Assembly (NCBI RefSeq): GCF_963921235.1
Contig: NC_086097.1
Span: forward strand, 241,678,001-241,742,000
DNA length: 64,000 nucleotides
Source: Mobula hypostoma
Taxonomy: Eukaryota
Direction: 5' to 3'
The position numbers were made by a program, and so were the translations under genes. Of the stretch, positions 24,379 to 36,139 are shown in pieces (positions within the stretch are counted from its first letter, which is position 1; the number at the start of each line of letters is the position of its first letter). Below the pieces are notes generated by a model, which saw only the letters and a list, made by a program, of their open reading frames with translations, was not told where the DNA came from and searched no databases.

Positions 24379-24607
24379 TGAAGCACCTTCAATTACTCCA
24401 AAAGACTGAGGTTTGGTAAAATACTGAAAGGCTTTTATTCGCTGTACAATACGACCTCCACAGTGAGTGTCTGCCCCCGGACTGAGGGGGAGGGGCAAGG
24501 CGAACACCTTTATATAGGACTCTGTGGGAGGAGCCACAGGGGCAGTCAGCAGAGGTGTGTGTCCAGACAGGTAACCGAGTTACAACATATATACATGGTT
24601 TACCACA
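24379..24607 (-). repeat. 5' LTR
   Basis: TGTGGT...CTTCA; contains AATAAA. Confidence 0.97.
24481..24516 (-). promoter_or_regulatory. LTR core promoter: TATA box and initiator
   Basis: Sense TATATAAA (24516-24509) with Inr-like TCAGT about 31 nt downstream (24485-24481). Confidence 0.65.
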
Positions 24608-24869
24608 GGGCTGCTGCTACATGATTGATTACAGCTTTGAAGAGTGACTGAAGAGATATATTTTCAAGTGCTTCTTCCTTTTTTACAGCTTTCTCCACAC
24701 CCATCGATCCACCTTCAATCATAATTAACTCATCCTATCCTGCAAGTGTGGATTCTGGCAGAGGTACAAAAATCACTGATGTCAGCCATGTGCAAGCTTG
24801 GGCAGAGAGGCTGGAATATTCCACCTGTGCTCACCAAACCACAGGTTTTGATCGGTGAAGGAACTGGGT

Positions 24870-25420
24870 AGAAGCCATGTACCATTATCAAGGTGTGGTG
24901 GGTTATCAAGGGCGAACTATTGCGATCACTCGATGCTCACCTGAAGGGTTGTCTACTGGTGGGTCAACAGGTGTCTGTACAGGTCAATCTGGGATCCACA
25001 TATTCTGGTGCAGTGCGGACAAGAGAAGTGATGGTTATGATTAGTAGCTGGGTCTTTTCCCTTTCACAGCTGCCCGTTGCTCTGTGCGGAAAAACGGAGA
25101 TCACTCTCATGTAGCGCAGCTCTGCCTTGAGCAAATTTCCTCTCGGTTTATCTATTGAGCACAATGCCTTCCCGGTTTTTAGATGTAATATTGAATTTCT
25201 TCAGGCTGATTTTGATATTGCCATTGAAGCTTTTATTTTGCCCACCAGTAGCTTGCTGATCTTCCATCAACTGGGGGGTGAAGGACCTGTCTGGGCAGAC
25301 GTAAGAACAGCATCCGGATGACATGACCTATCCATTGGAGTTGAAGCACATAATTGAATTTCCAGCATCTGCAGATTTCCTCGTGTTTGTGCCATTGGAG
25401 TTGATGTTGCTTTATCAAGG
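24870..25420 (-). mobile_element. RTE-clade LINE 3' fragment
   Basis: QLQWIGHVIRM..LRLPRQVL in ORF 25233-25418 matches the RTE C-terminal pattern. Confidence 0.7.
25345..25391. mobile_element. 47-bp Penelope tail-only insertion
   Basis: 13-bp TSD ccattggagttga (25332-25344, 25392-25404); contains ccagcatctgcagatttcctcgtgtttg. Confidence 0.8.
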
Positions 25421-25559
25421 GTGACGCACTCTAACACATACTAGTACTTAATAACTGCTACACCTTGCTTTCCCTTTCTCTGAGCTCCTTTTAACTTATG
25501 GAGTTTTTGTGGTCGCGCTTGCTACCATTGTCACTAGATGGTCTTTGGTTGGCCTTTTA

Positions 25560-25750
25560 GGGGCAGTACGGCCATGTAGCAGTTAGCAGATTCTCTTTAC
25601 AGTGTCAGCCAGTGATTAACAATCAGAATCACCTGCAAGAGGTATGTATATTCCACCTGTGACCATTCGGGTTTTTTCTGGGTGCTCCGGTTTCCTCCCA
25701 TATTCCAAGGACGTATAGGTCAGGGCTAGTGAGTTGTGGGCATGCTGTGT
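25560..25750 (+). mobile_element. V-type SINE, truncated
   Basis: gggtgctccggtttcctcccatattccaagga box. Confidence 0.65.
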
Positions 25751-26667
25751 TACCTGGGGAATTGATTGCCATGAATGGTGCTGGAGGTTAAGTTACTGGG
25801 TAAATTTAAAGTGGAGGTTAATAGGTTCTTGATTAGTAAGAGTGTCAAAGGTTACAGGGAGAACGTAGGAGCATAGGGTTGCAACCCCTCACTGCTATGG
25901 GCAGAAGTTCCCACTTGCTTCAAAAAGGCAACAATTATACCAGTGCCTAAGAAGAATAACGTGAGCTGCCTTCATGACTATCGCCCAGAAGCACTCACAT
26001 CGACAGTGATGAAATGCTTTGAGAGGTTGGTCGTGACTAGACTGAACTCCTGCTTCAGCAAGGACCTGACCCATTGCAATTTGCTTATTGCCACAATGGG
26101 TCAACGGCAGATGCAATCTCAGTGGGTCTCCACATGGCTTTAGACCACCTGGACAATACAAATACCTACATCAGGATGCTGTTCATCGACTATAGCTCAG
26201 CATTTAATACAATCATTCTCACAATCCTGGTTAAGGAGTTGCAGAACCTGGGCCTCTGTACCTCCCTCTGCAATTGGATCCTCAACTTCCTAACTGGAAA
26301 ACCACAGTCTGTGTGGATTGGTGATAACATATCCTCCTTGCTGACGATCAACACTGGCGCACCTCAGGGGTGTGTGCTTAGCCCACTGCTCTACTCTCTG
26401 TATACACATGACTGTGTGGCAAGGCATAGCTCAAATACCATCTATAAATTTGCTGATGATACAACCATTGTTAGTAGAATCTCAGGTGGTGACAAGAGGG
26501 CGTACAGGAGCAAGATGTGCCAGCTAGTGGAGTGGTGTCGCAGCAACAACTTGGCACTCAACATCAGTAAGATGAAAGAGCTGATTGTGGACTTCAGGAA
26601 GGGCAAAACGAAGGAACACAAACCGATCCTTATAAAGGATCAGAAGTGGAGGGAGAGAGCAGTTTCA

Positions 26668-27502
26668 AGTATAAGAGCTGGAATGTTATGATGAGCAAAC
26701 AACAACAGGAATTCTGCAGATGCTGGAAATTCAAGCAACACACATAAAAGTTGCTGGTGAATGCAGCAGGCCAGGCAGCATCTCTAGGAAGAGGTGCAGT
26801 CGACGTTTCAGGCCGAGACCCTTCGTGAGTCTTGAAACGTCAACTGCACCTCTTCCTAGAGGTGCTGCCTGGCCTGCTGCGTTCACCAGCAACTTTTATG
26901 TGTGTCGCTTGATGTTATGATGAAGTTGTATAAGGCATTTGTGAGGCCAGATCTGGAGTATTGTGTTCAGTTTTGGTCACCAAATTACAGGAAGGATATA
27001 AATAAGGTTGAAAGAGTGCAGAGAAGGTTTACAAGGATGTTGCCGGGACTTGAGAAACTCGGTTACAGAGAAAGGTTGAATAGGTTAGGACTTTATTCCC
27101 TGGAGCGTAGAAGCATGAGGGGAGATTTGATAGAGGTATATAAAATTATGATGGGTATAGATAGAGTGAATGCAAGCAGGCTTTTTCCACTGAGGCAAGG
27201 GGAGAAAAAAACCAGAGGACATGGGTTAAGGGTGAGGGGGGAAAAGTTTAAAGGGAACATTAGGGGGTGCTTCTTCACACAGAGAGTGGTGGGAGTATGG
27301 AATGAGCTGCCAGACGAGGTAGTAAATGCGGGTTCTTTTTTAACATTTAAGAATAAATTGGACAGATACATGGATGGGAGGTGTATGGAGGGATATGGTC
27401 CGTGTGCTGGTCAGTGGGACTAGGCAGAAAATGGTTCGGCACAGCCAAGAAGGGCCAAAAGGCTTGTTTCTGTGCTGTAGTTTCTATGGTTCTATGGTTC
27501 TA
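26668..27502 (+). mobile_element. CR1 3' fragment nested in Rex1 (subfamily of 4300-5956)
   Basis: ORF 26902-27423; tail (TTCTATGG)n. Confidence 0.9.
26695..26911. mobile_element. Penelope pLTR-derived inverted mini-insertion
   Basis: 12-bp TSD atgttatgatga (26683-26694, 26912-26923); long hairpin arms joined in the hammerhead motif. Confidence 0.87.
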
Positions 27503-28334
27503 GGTTCCTGTGTGTCAAGATCTCTGAGGATCTAATCTGGTCCCAACATATCGATGTAGTTATAAAGAAGGCAAGTCAGCAGCTATACTTTATTAGGAGT
27601 CTGAAGAGATTTGGCACGTCAACAAATACACTCAAAAACTTCTATAATTGTACCGTGGAGAGCATTCTGACAGGCTGCATCACTGTCTGGTATAGAGGGG
27701 CTACTGCACAGGACTGAAAGAAGCTGCAGAAGGTTGTAAATCTAGTCAGCTCATCTTGGGTACTAGCCTACAAAGTACCCAGGACAGCTTCAGGGAGCGG
27801 TGTCTCAGAAAGGCAGCGTCCATTATTAAGGACCTCCAGCACCCAGGGCATGCCCTTTTCTCACTGTTACCATCAGATAGGAGATACAGAAGCCTAAAGG
27901 ACACACTCAGCGATTCAGGAACAGCTTCTTCTCCTCTGCGTCCGATTCCTAAATGGACATTGAATCTTTGGACACTACCTCACATTTTTTTAATATACAG
28001 TATTTCTGTTTTTGCACATTTTCTTTAATCTATTCAATATGTGTAGTTGATTTACTTGTTTATTTATTATTATTTTTTTTTCTCTGCTAGATTATGTATT
28101 GCATTGAACAGCTGCTGCTAAATTAACAAATTTCATGTCACATGCCAGTGATAATAAACCTGATTCTGATTCTGATCATCAGTAATGATGAAATGGCGGA
28201 GCAGACTCAATGGGCCAATTGGCTTAACTCTGTTCCTATGTCTTATGATTTTATGGTTTTTAAGACTGAGGAGATTGATAAAATATTTGTAAATTTCAAT
28301 AAGATCATTGCAGTCGGACACTGGCTTCATAGAG

Positions 28335-29730
28335 CACTACAGCACTGAAACAGGGCCTTCATCTGATTGATTAATCTTCCTAGTCCCATTGACCTGCACC
28401 TGGACCATACTCTCCATATCCCTCCCTTCCATCTACTTATCCAGCCCTCTTAAATGTTGAAATTGAACCTGTATCCAGCACTTCCCCTGGCAGCTTGTTC
28501 CACACTCTGTTCCACCCTCTGTGTGAAGAAGTTCCCCCTCATGTTCCACTTAAATACTTCACTTTTCACCCTTAATCCATGACCTCTAGTTCTAATCTCA
28601 CCCAACCTCAGTAGAAAAAGCTTTCTTGCATTTATCCTATCTCAGCTCCTCATATTCTTGCATACCTCTATCAAATCTCCCCTCATTCTCTTACTCCCTA
28701 GAGAATAAAGTCCTAACATATTCAACATTCCCTATAACACGAAGCTGGGTGGCAGTGTTAGCAGTGAGGAGGATGCTAAGAGGATGCAGGGTGACTTGGA
28801 TAGGTTGGGTGAGTGGGCAAATTCATGGCAGATGCAATTTAATGTGGATAAATGTGAAGTTATCCACTTTGGTGGCAAAAATAGGAAAACAGATTATTAT
28901 CTGAATGGTGGCCGATTAGGAAAAGGGGAGGTGCAACGAGACCTGGGTGTCATTATACACCAGTCATTGAAAGTGGGCATGCAGGTACAGCAGGCAGTGA
29001 AAAAGGCGAATGGTATGCTGGCATTTATAGCGAGAGGATTCGAGTACAGGAGCAGGGAGGTACTACTGCAGTTGTACAAGGCCTTGGTGAGACCACACCT
29101 GGAGTATTGTGTGCAGTTTTGGTCCCCTAATCTGAGGAAAGACATCTTTGCCATAGAGGGAGTACAAAGAAGGTTCACCAGATTGATTCCTGGGACGGCA
29201 GGACTTTCATATGAAGAAAGACTGGATGAATTGGGCTTGTACTCGTTGGAATTTAGAAGATTGAGGGGGGATCTGATTGAAACGTATAAGATCCTAAAGG
29301 GATTGGACAGGCTAGATACAGGAAGATTGTTCCCGATGTTGGGGAAGTCCAGAACGAGGGGTCACAGTTTGAGGATAGAGGGGAAGCCTTTTAGGACCGA
29401 GATTAGGAAAAACTTCTTCACACAGAGAGTGGTGAATCTGTGGAATTCTCTGCCACAGGAAACTGTTGAGGCCAGTTCATTGGCTATATTTAAGAGGGAG
29501 TTAGATATGGCCCTTGTGGCTACGGGGGTCAGGGGGTATGGAGGGAAGGCTGGGGCGGGGTTCTGAGTTGGATGATCAGCCATGATCATAATAAATGGCG
29601 GTGCAGGCTCGAAGGGCCGAATGGCCTACTCCTGCACCTATTTTCTATGTTTCTATGTTTCTATAACTTGGGTCCTCAAGACCCAGCAACATCCTTGTAA
29701 TTTTTGTTTGCACTCTTTGAATCTACTTCA
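28335..29730 (-). mobile_element. Older CR1 3' fragment split by a younger CR1
   Basis: Continuous when 28739-29660 is removed; TSD ctataac (28732-28738, 29661-29667). Confidence 0.8.
28739..29660 (+). mobile_element. Young CR1 (HER1-like) 3' fragment
   Basis: Uninterrupted 260-aa ORF 28784-29566; nearly identical to 37720-38291. Confidence 0.93.
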
Positions 29731-29821
29731 GCCCATTGTATAATGTCATCTGAAATCATAACAAACTTCTCGAGTTTATCTCATCTTCACATTTATTTGA
29801 ACTTAAGCGTCTATTGAAAGC

Positions 29822-31290
29822 TGTCACATCCACAGAGTCCGGACGCTTTCGCAGGCGGGCAGCTGAAAGAAGACGGCAATCACACACGTGAGAATGTACA
29901 CATTCCAACCAACGAGGATTTCTTTGTAGCTGTATTTAACTCTCCTCTCTTTAGTTCAGTCTTGTCCAGTCTTGGTGAAAGCACAGCAATGATGGCATTC
30001 CCTGCTTACCTTAGACCACATTCTGGGAAAGAAGACTCACGGTTTTGATAGACACTGTTAAAGGAGCATTATTAATTTATCTTTAGGTTAATGCTTATGA
30101 CTGCGGTGCCGGTGTTAGATTTTCGTTAGTTTGAGAGCTTTTAGTAGTGGCTGTGTTGGCCGAGTGCTTATTATACTCAGTATAGTTCTTTTTAAAGCCC
30201 ACTGAACTGTTCATTGCAAGTCTGTCTCTTTCCGTCTGCACTTGGACCATCACTGAACTCCTGTTAGCAAGAGTCGACAAACAAAATGGAGCCAGTGGGG
30301 AGAGAATGGCTGAAATTGGCCCTGGATTTCATTGGTCAGGTGGGGGGGGGGAGAAGTTAAAGCCAGTGGAGGCTGGCTTAGCAGATGTGGCTCACGCAGT
30401 GCGATGGCTACGCCTAGAGCTGCAAGCCCAGTGTATGCTGGAGAAACAGGCGTCAGCACTCACAACGATGGCTTAGCAGCTCGCAACAGGCAGCCAGAAT
30501 CAGCTGACAGCCATTACTACTGTCACTGCGGCTATTCGGCAGCTCTCCGCCATGACAGCCACTCGGAAGAATAAGGGGTAGGCCATTTAGAACGGAGTTG
30601 AGGAAAAACATTTTCACCCAGAGAGTGGTGGATATATGGAATGCTCTGCCCCAGAAGGCTGTGGAGGCCAAATCTCTGGATGCTTTCAAGAAAGATATGG
30701 ATAGAGCTCTTAAAGATAGCGGAATCAAAAGTTATGGGGATAAAGCAAGAACTGGATACTGATTGTGGATGATCAGCCATGATCACAGTGAATGGCAGTG
30801 CTGACTCGAAGGGCCGAATGGCCTACTCCTGCACCTATTGTCTGATGTCTATTGTCTAGCACCGGCCCCTCCCAATCCTCCTCTATTGCAGTCTGATTAG
30901 TCTCATCCACTCTTGCCTACTTCCGGACCTGAACCAAGCATTCCTCCACCAGGCAGAGGCTCCAGTCACCCCAACGGCTGCAGGAATTTTTTTTACCCAG
31001 TCTGAGCTGACTTTACTAGCCCAGCGAGGTTTGTTCAGTGACGGTGCGTGTAAGCTGGCTTACATGGTGAATCTTTTAGTCAGACCCCAACTCAGCCAGT
31101 TCAATGCCCTATAAGAACAAGGTTCTCCTGCAGTCCTGTCTTTCCAGCAATTTGTAGTCGGGATTAAGAGAGTGTTTGACCTTCCAGTAAGGGATCAGGA
31201 GGCTGCCCACCGACTCCTGGACCTGCGCCAAGGCAAAGAGGGGTGGGGAGGAGACTACGCAGTAAAGTTCTGCACTTGGGCAATCACTGA
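29822..31290 (+). mobile_element. Decayed sushi-type Gypsy 5' end: LTR (about 29822-30269) + gag remnant
   Basis: TGTCA start, TATTTAA at 29933, ATG at 30286; gag PEPSIPPP..GCRNFFTQSEL..KRVFDLP..EAAHRLLDLRQG..DYAVKF read at 30930-31280. Confidence 0.75.
30567..30858 (+). mobile_element. CR1 3' fragment inserted in gag
   Basis: Tail (TATTGTC)n; same subfamily as 62626-63267. Confidence 0.88.
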
Positions 31291-31914
31291 ACTGCTGTCA
31301 GAAAACTAAATGAGGGGTTCTCTGTTGTCTTTGAATATGAACTTGGCCAAATATGTTAAGCTAGCAAAGCTCTGTGGAAGAGATTGGGCAAACATAATGG
31401 AACTTCTGTTTGTTTGGACTCTTGTCCTGTACAGAGCCTAATCACTATTTCACTATGGCTCTAAGTTCACCCTCAAGGGGTTTTAGGTTCAGGAATACAC
31501 CATCATAGTCAATTTGAGGCATAGTTAACTCCCCCTTGACTCCTGTGACAAACAATATTTCTGAAGTAAATAATAAGGTCAAAATACTTCCAAATGTGTT
31601 TTGCTCTCTGGAGTCATCGAAGGACACTGATAGAAAGTTCTTTTGATGGTAAATTGTCTACCATTGAATGTGCAAGATCACAATGTGTTCCAGCTGTAAA
31701 AGTCAGGAATTTGAATGCACAGATGTTACTGAATTACACATTCAACACTTGCTACTGAGGATAAATTTCTGCTTGATTTACTAATAATTTGTTAATAATC
31801 TACGCCCCACCATTGGCGACTTGTTAGTATTAGGGTGTCGATGGATAAACGGGGTGTAATATGGCTAAATGCACGCTGCCATTTTCCATTGAGGTTGAAT
31901 AAGGCTAGAACTAG

Positions 31915-33205
31915 AGACCACAAGACCATAAGACATAGGAGCAGAATTGGGCCATTCAGCCCATCGAGTCTGCTCTGCCATCCCATCATGCCGGATTTAT
32001 TATCCCTCTCAAACCTATTCTCTGACTAATCAAAAATCTATTGTAAGGGGGTTTCGACTTTTATGTTACTGCGGAGGCTAATTAAAATGGCGTCTTTGTT
32101 ATGTTAATCTGGGGAATGCGGCTTTGTTGTGTTAAACTCTGAGAAAGTTTGCGCTAGCAGCTTGTTTTGGTTTAGAGTGTGATAAGAAATATGTTATGAA
32201 CCAATTGGGATAGTTGTTACGTTTTTGGTTTATTTGAAGATACTGTATGCGTGGGGTTTTGGGGGCAGAAGGCGGGAGAGCGAGACAGAGGATGGACGAG
32301 GTGCTGTGATGTCCGTTAACGGGGTCGGACCCCGAGGAGGGCGTTCGGCGAGAAGACGGAGACGGACTCGTGTGGAGCGTCTGGTCGACCACCGTTGTTG
32401 GTCCCAGGTGGCCGGTCGAAGTGGTACGAGGGGTCGCAGGGTGAGGAAGAAGGTCCTTGAGCTCCAACTGTTTGTGCACGAAGAGATTGAACTTTAATAA
32501 GTGTGGCGCCTTTTATTTTCCTTTTATATTTTATTCTCTATTAATTATATAGTTCCAGTAATATCTACAAACTGTAAATTATTTAATCGTATCTGGTGTA
32601 TTGTCTGTTATTTGGGCGGGGTGGGGTACATCACACAGCATCCACACAAATGAATTATCCAGGTTGGCGGGGCCGAGGATGTTTCCCTAGATGACAGCGA
32701 GCTGAGCGACCCTGAGGGTGGCCGGGGGGGGGCTACACTATCAATCTCTGTTTTAAATATACCAGTGACTTGGCATCCACAGCCGAGGAGGCCAGGTCAT
32801 TAGATATATTCATCTGTGACAATGGACTCCACAGATTCACAATCCTCTGGCTAAACACATTCCTCCTCATCACTGTTCTAAAGGAATGTCCCTCTATTCT
32901 AAAGCTGTGCTCTCTGGCCCTAGAGTCCCCAACTATAGGAAACATCCTCTCCATGTCCATTCTATATTGGTCTTTCAATATTCAATAGGTTTCAATGAGA
33001 TTCCCTTCGTTCTTCTAAACTCCAGCAAGTACAGACCCAGAGGCAACAAATGCTCCTTACAAGCTGACACTTTAACTCCCTGAATCATTCTTGTGAACCT
33101 CCTCTGGGCCCTCTCCAATGCCAGCACATCTTTTCTTAGATAATGGGCCCCAAACTGCCCACAATATTCCAAAGTGCAGTCTGACCAATGCATTATAAAG
33201 CCTCA
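31915..33205 (-). mobile_element. CR1 3' fragment split by a solo LTR; itself inside a + strand CR1 tail (about 31830-33465)
   Basis: ORFs 32733-32978 and 32975-33193. Confidence 0.8.
32042..32737. mobile_element. Solo LTR, 696 bp
   Basis: TGTA...TACA termini; 4-bp TSD CTAT (32038-32041, 32738-32741); host CR1 3' UTR is restored on removal; CpG-rich. Confidence 0.85.
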
Positions 33206-33559
33206 TAGAGTAAGGGTGAAAGGTGAAGTATTTAAAGAGGACCTGAGAGAGAACTTTTTCCACTCAGAAGGTGGTATAAATGTGGAACAAGCTGTCGGCA
33301 GAAGTGGTGGATGTGGATTCTATGACAACATTGAAGAGAAATTTGGGTAAGCACATGGATGGGAGGGGTACCGAGGGCTGCAAGTCAGTAGGATTAGGCA
33401 GGAGTACAATTCAGCCCAGACTAGATGGGCCAAATGGCCTGTTTCCATGCTGTAGTGCTCTAGAACTCGAACTCTGTCCACAGAAACTGATTTGTCAAAT
33501 GTCCATCTCTTATGATCATTGACCAATGATTTAGATAGCGTTTGTATATACTGTAAATA

Positions 33560-33941
33560 GGGAGTAGTGGGGTGGAGATGCATCTCTACCAAAGGAGGTG
33601 CAAGGTGCTCCTTCCCTCTGCTAGCCTGCAGGTCACCCTTGGACAAGGTGTAGCACCTGATTAGCCCTTCCCCACATCAGAGTCACGTGAAGCCATGGGA
33701 GCAGGTGGTGGATGGTCGTATGAGCAGCTGGTGCTTATTGCAAGCCTTGTACGCAGCACTAATGCCAGGCAATCTCTGAAGAGTATTAATAATGGTTGGG
33801 GTCACCCATCTTGTAAAGACACTGCCCAGTAGAAGGCAATGGCACACCACTTCTGTAGAAAAAATTGTCGAGAGTAATCATAGTCATGGAAAGACCATGA
33901 TCAGTTAGATCATACAACACAATACATAACGAACGAACGAA
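33560..33941 (+). mobile_element. RTE-derived non-autonomous retroposon (family also at 37165-37600 and 53030-53320)
   Basis: Three homologous copies; gaaggcaatggcaaaccactt-type motif; short-repeat tail (AACG)n. Confidence 0.7.
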
Positions 33942-35249
33942 GTAAGTAGGTGTTAAAATATAGCATCAAATTAAATATCACACCCAAAATGTTTTAATTT
34001 ATTGTTATAAGGAATGAGAGGAAGAAAAATAACTTTCATTCTCTTCTAGGAATGCAATTAAGCAAAGGCGTAAGGACAAAAACATGTAGAAATAATCAAA
34101 GTTGATAATCAAATAATCAAATAATCAAACATGAAAAAGTAATCAAAGAATACCAGCACCATCCACACTCATTACGTGGCTGAGGTATCGGTCTACACTG
34201 TACGGTTCCATCTAATAATGGAACTCAAATTTAAATTCCAGTGAAATTAAATGAACTGACTACTGCATTGTGTAGCGCAGGGGAAAGGGAAAAGACACAG
34301 TGTAAAGACCCTGCTACCACATCACACAGAGGGCTGGGATCCACGTGTAAGATAAAAACTTCAGATTGTTTTCTCAAGGAAGGCACATGCAAGAAAAATC
34401 AGCGTCAAGTCAATATAAGATTGAAACAGAAGTAAATTCTGTTTACAGAGCAGAGAGTATTGAATTGAACTTTTTGGTTTATCTCTTGCATGCCAATTAT
34501 TAAAAATTTACATTAATCCTATTTTATTCTCCTGTTGGATTAAGGTGTAGATTTGTTAATTTCTTTGTAGTTTCGAATATCGATTAATCGTTATCACTGG
34601 GATTCTGTTTATCTCTAGTCTGAGTCAGAGACGACCGTGATTTCTTCTTTGACCTTTCTTCATTCTCTTGGCTCTTAGTTCATTCATTCTTGTAAAACTT
34701 AATAAAACAGCCATAAAGAACAAGTTTTATGCATCATTTTTGACTTCTGAAGAACCTTTATATTACAAAATGTCCATATGGGATATAGACGTTGTGTAGT
34801 TAGGTGAGATTAGTGTTTGGGTGTTTTTTTGCTTTGCTTTTTAGCTTATTCAGCACAACATTGTGGGCCAAATGGCCTGTTCCTGTACTGTACTCTTCTA
34901 TGTTCTTATGTTCTTTATTGGCTTTCCAACATCCTATTTAGTAGAGCGCAGTTTCAGTGCAGTCACTCAACTTCTTCCTTCTTTCAAAAACACCAGGATT
35001 CAACACTATCCACATTCCCATTAACTGGCCCAGAATCCACTGTAGATACAACTTACCCAGGGCCATTAACTGTGCCCCTGCCAACCTGCACATCTGGAGG
35101 AAACTCTTGTGGTTGCAGGAAGAAAATAAAAAGTCCCACATATACAGCCCTCGAGGTTACGATTGAACCTGATCAGCTGGAGTTGAGAGGCAGCACTGAA
35201 AAGGATATTAAAGCATTATATTAGAGAGCCAAATCTCTCTTGTGCTCTG

Positions 35250-35625
35250 AAAGACCATGAGAGCATAAGACATACAATTGGAGCAGAATTAGTCCATTCA
35301 CCATTCACCATAGTCTGCTCCATCATTCCATCATGGCTGATTTATTATTCCTCGCAACCTCATTCTCCTGCCTTCTCCCCGTAACCTTTGACACCCTTAC
35401 CAATACCTATCAACCTCCATTTTAAATATGCCTAATAACTTGGCCTCCACAGCCATTTGCAGCAATCAATTCCACAGTTTCACCACCCTCTGGCGAGAGA
35501 AATTCTTCCTCATCTCTGTTTTAAAGGGACATCCTTATATTCTGAGTTGTGCCCTCTGGTCCTAGACTCTCCCACTGTTGGAATCATCTTCTTCACGTCC
35601 ACTCTACCTTGGCCTTTGAATATTT
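35250..35625 (-). mobile_element. CR1 3' fragment
   Basis: Homologous to the 3' UTR at 13406-13790. Confidence 0.75.
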
Positions 35626-36139
35626 CAGACTGTGCTACTTTCCCAGTCCTTGCTGGGTCAATGTGGCGCAAGGGTGGTATTGGCGGGAGGGGGTGTTAAC
35701 AGAGTGAGTGATGCATCTGTCTAGCGCAGTAATACAAGGCAGAGGTCAGCTCCCTGACCAGACCAGAGAGTTTACCCATTGCTGGGGACTGGCAGCACAG
35801 CAGACAGTCCAGATCCTACAGTCACTCTCACCATCTCTTGTCAGGTGCAAAGGAAGCTGCCCACCATTACGTTTGGTATGGAGAAACGTTGGGAAGGACA
35901 GTGAAGCCATTTCAAGAACGAGGGAGACGGCAGATTGCATGCTGAGCCTCATATGTTAGCGGAAAGCTGTCAAACTGTTGGTCCCAGGACACACAACATG
36001 GAACAATGCAATTCTGAAATGATTTTGGACCTGAAATGTTAACGAGATGCTGCCCGACCCTCTGAGTGCTTACAGTATTCTCTGTAATCAGCCATCCCGT
36101 CCCTGAAGTCTGCTCTGCTACTCCATCGTATCGCATATG

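Larger units (their letters stand above)
20148..24607 (-). mobile_element. Complete Ty3/Gypsy (Mag-like) LTR retrotransposon, 4460 bp
   Basis: Two 229-bp TG...CA LTRs with 6 mismatches; 5-bp TSD GGGCT (20143-20147, 24608-24612); gag-PR-RT-RH-IN order; PPT present. Confidence 0.97.
25895..28176 (+). mobile_element. Rex1/Babar LINE, 5'-truncated, split by a CR1
   Basis: ORFs 25943-26143 ([18 protein letters not shown]), 26074-26691 ([23 protein letters not shown]) and 27756-28028; tail (GATTCT)n. Confidence 0.92.

Noticed and set aside
31445..31627. Minus-strand ORF/exon VKGELTMPQIDYDGVFLNLKPLE
   Set aside because: Weak donor, no recognisable homology, and the adjacent DNA may be decayed LTR-element sequence.
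34085..34767. Possible additional solo LTR (AATAAA and ...TTACA end)
   Set aside because: No TG start with a matching TSD could be found.
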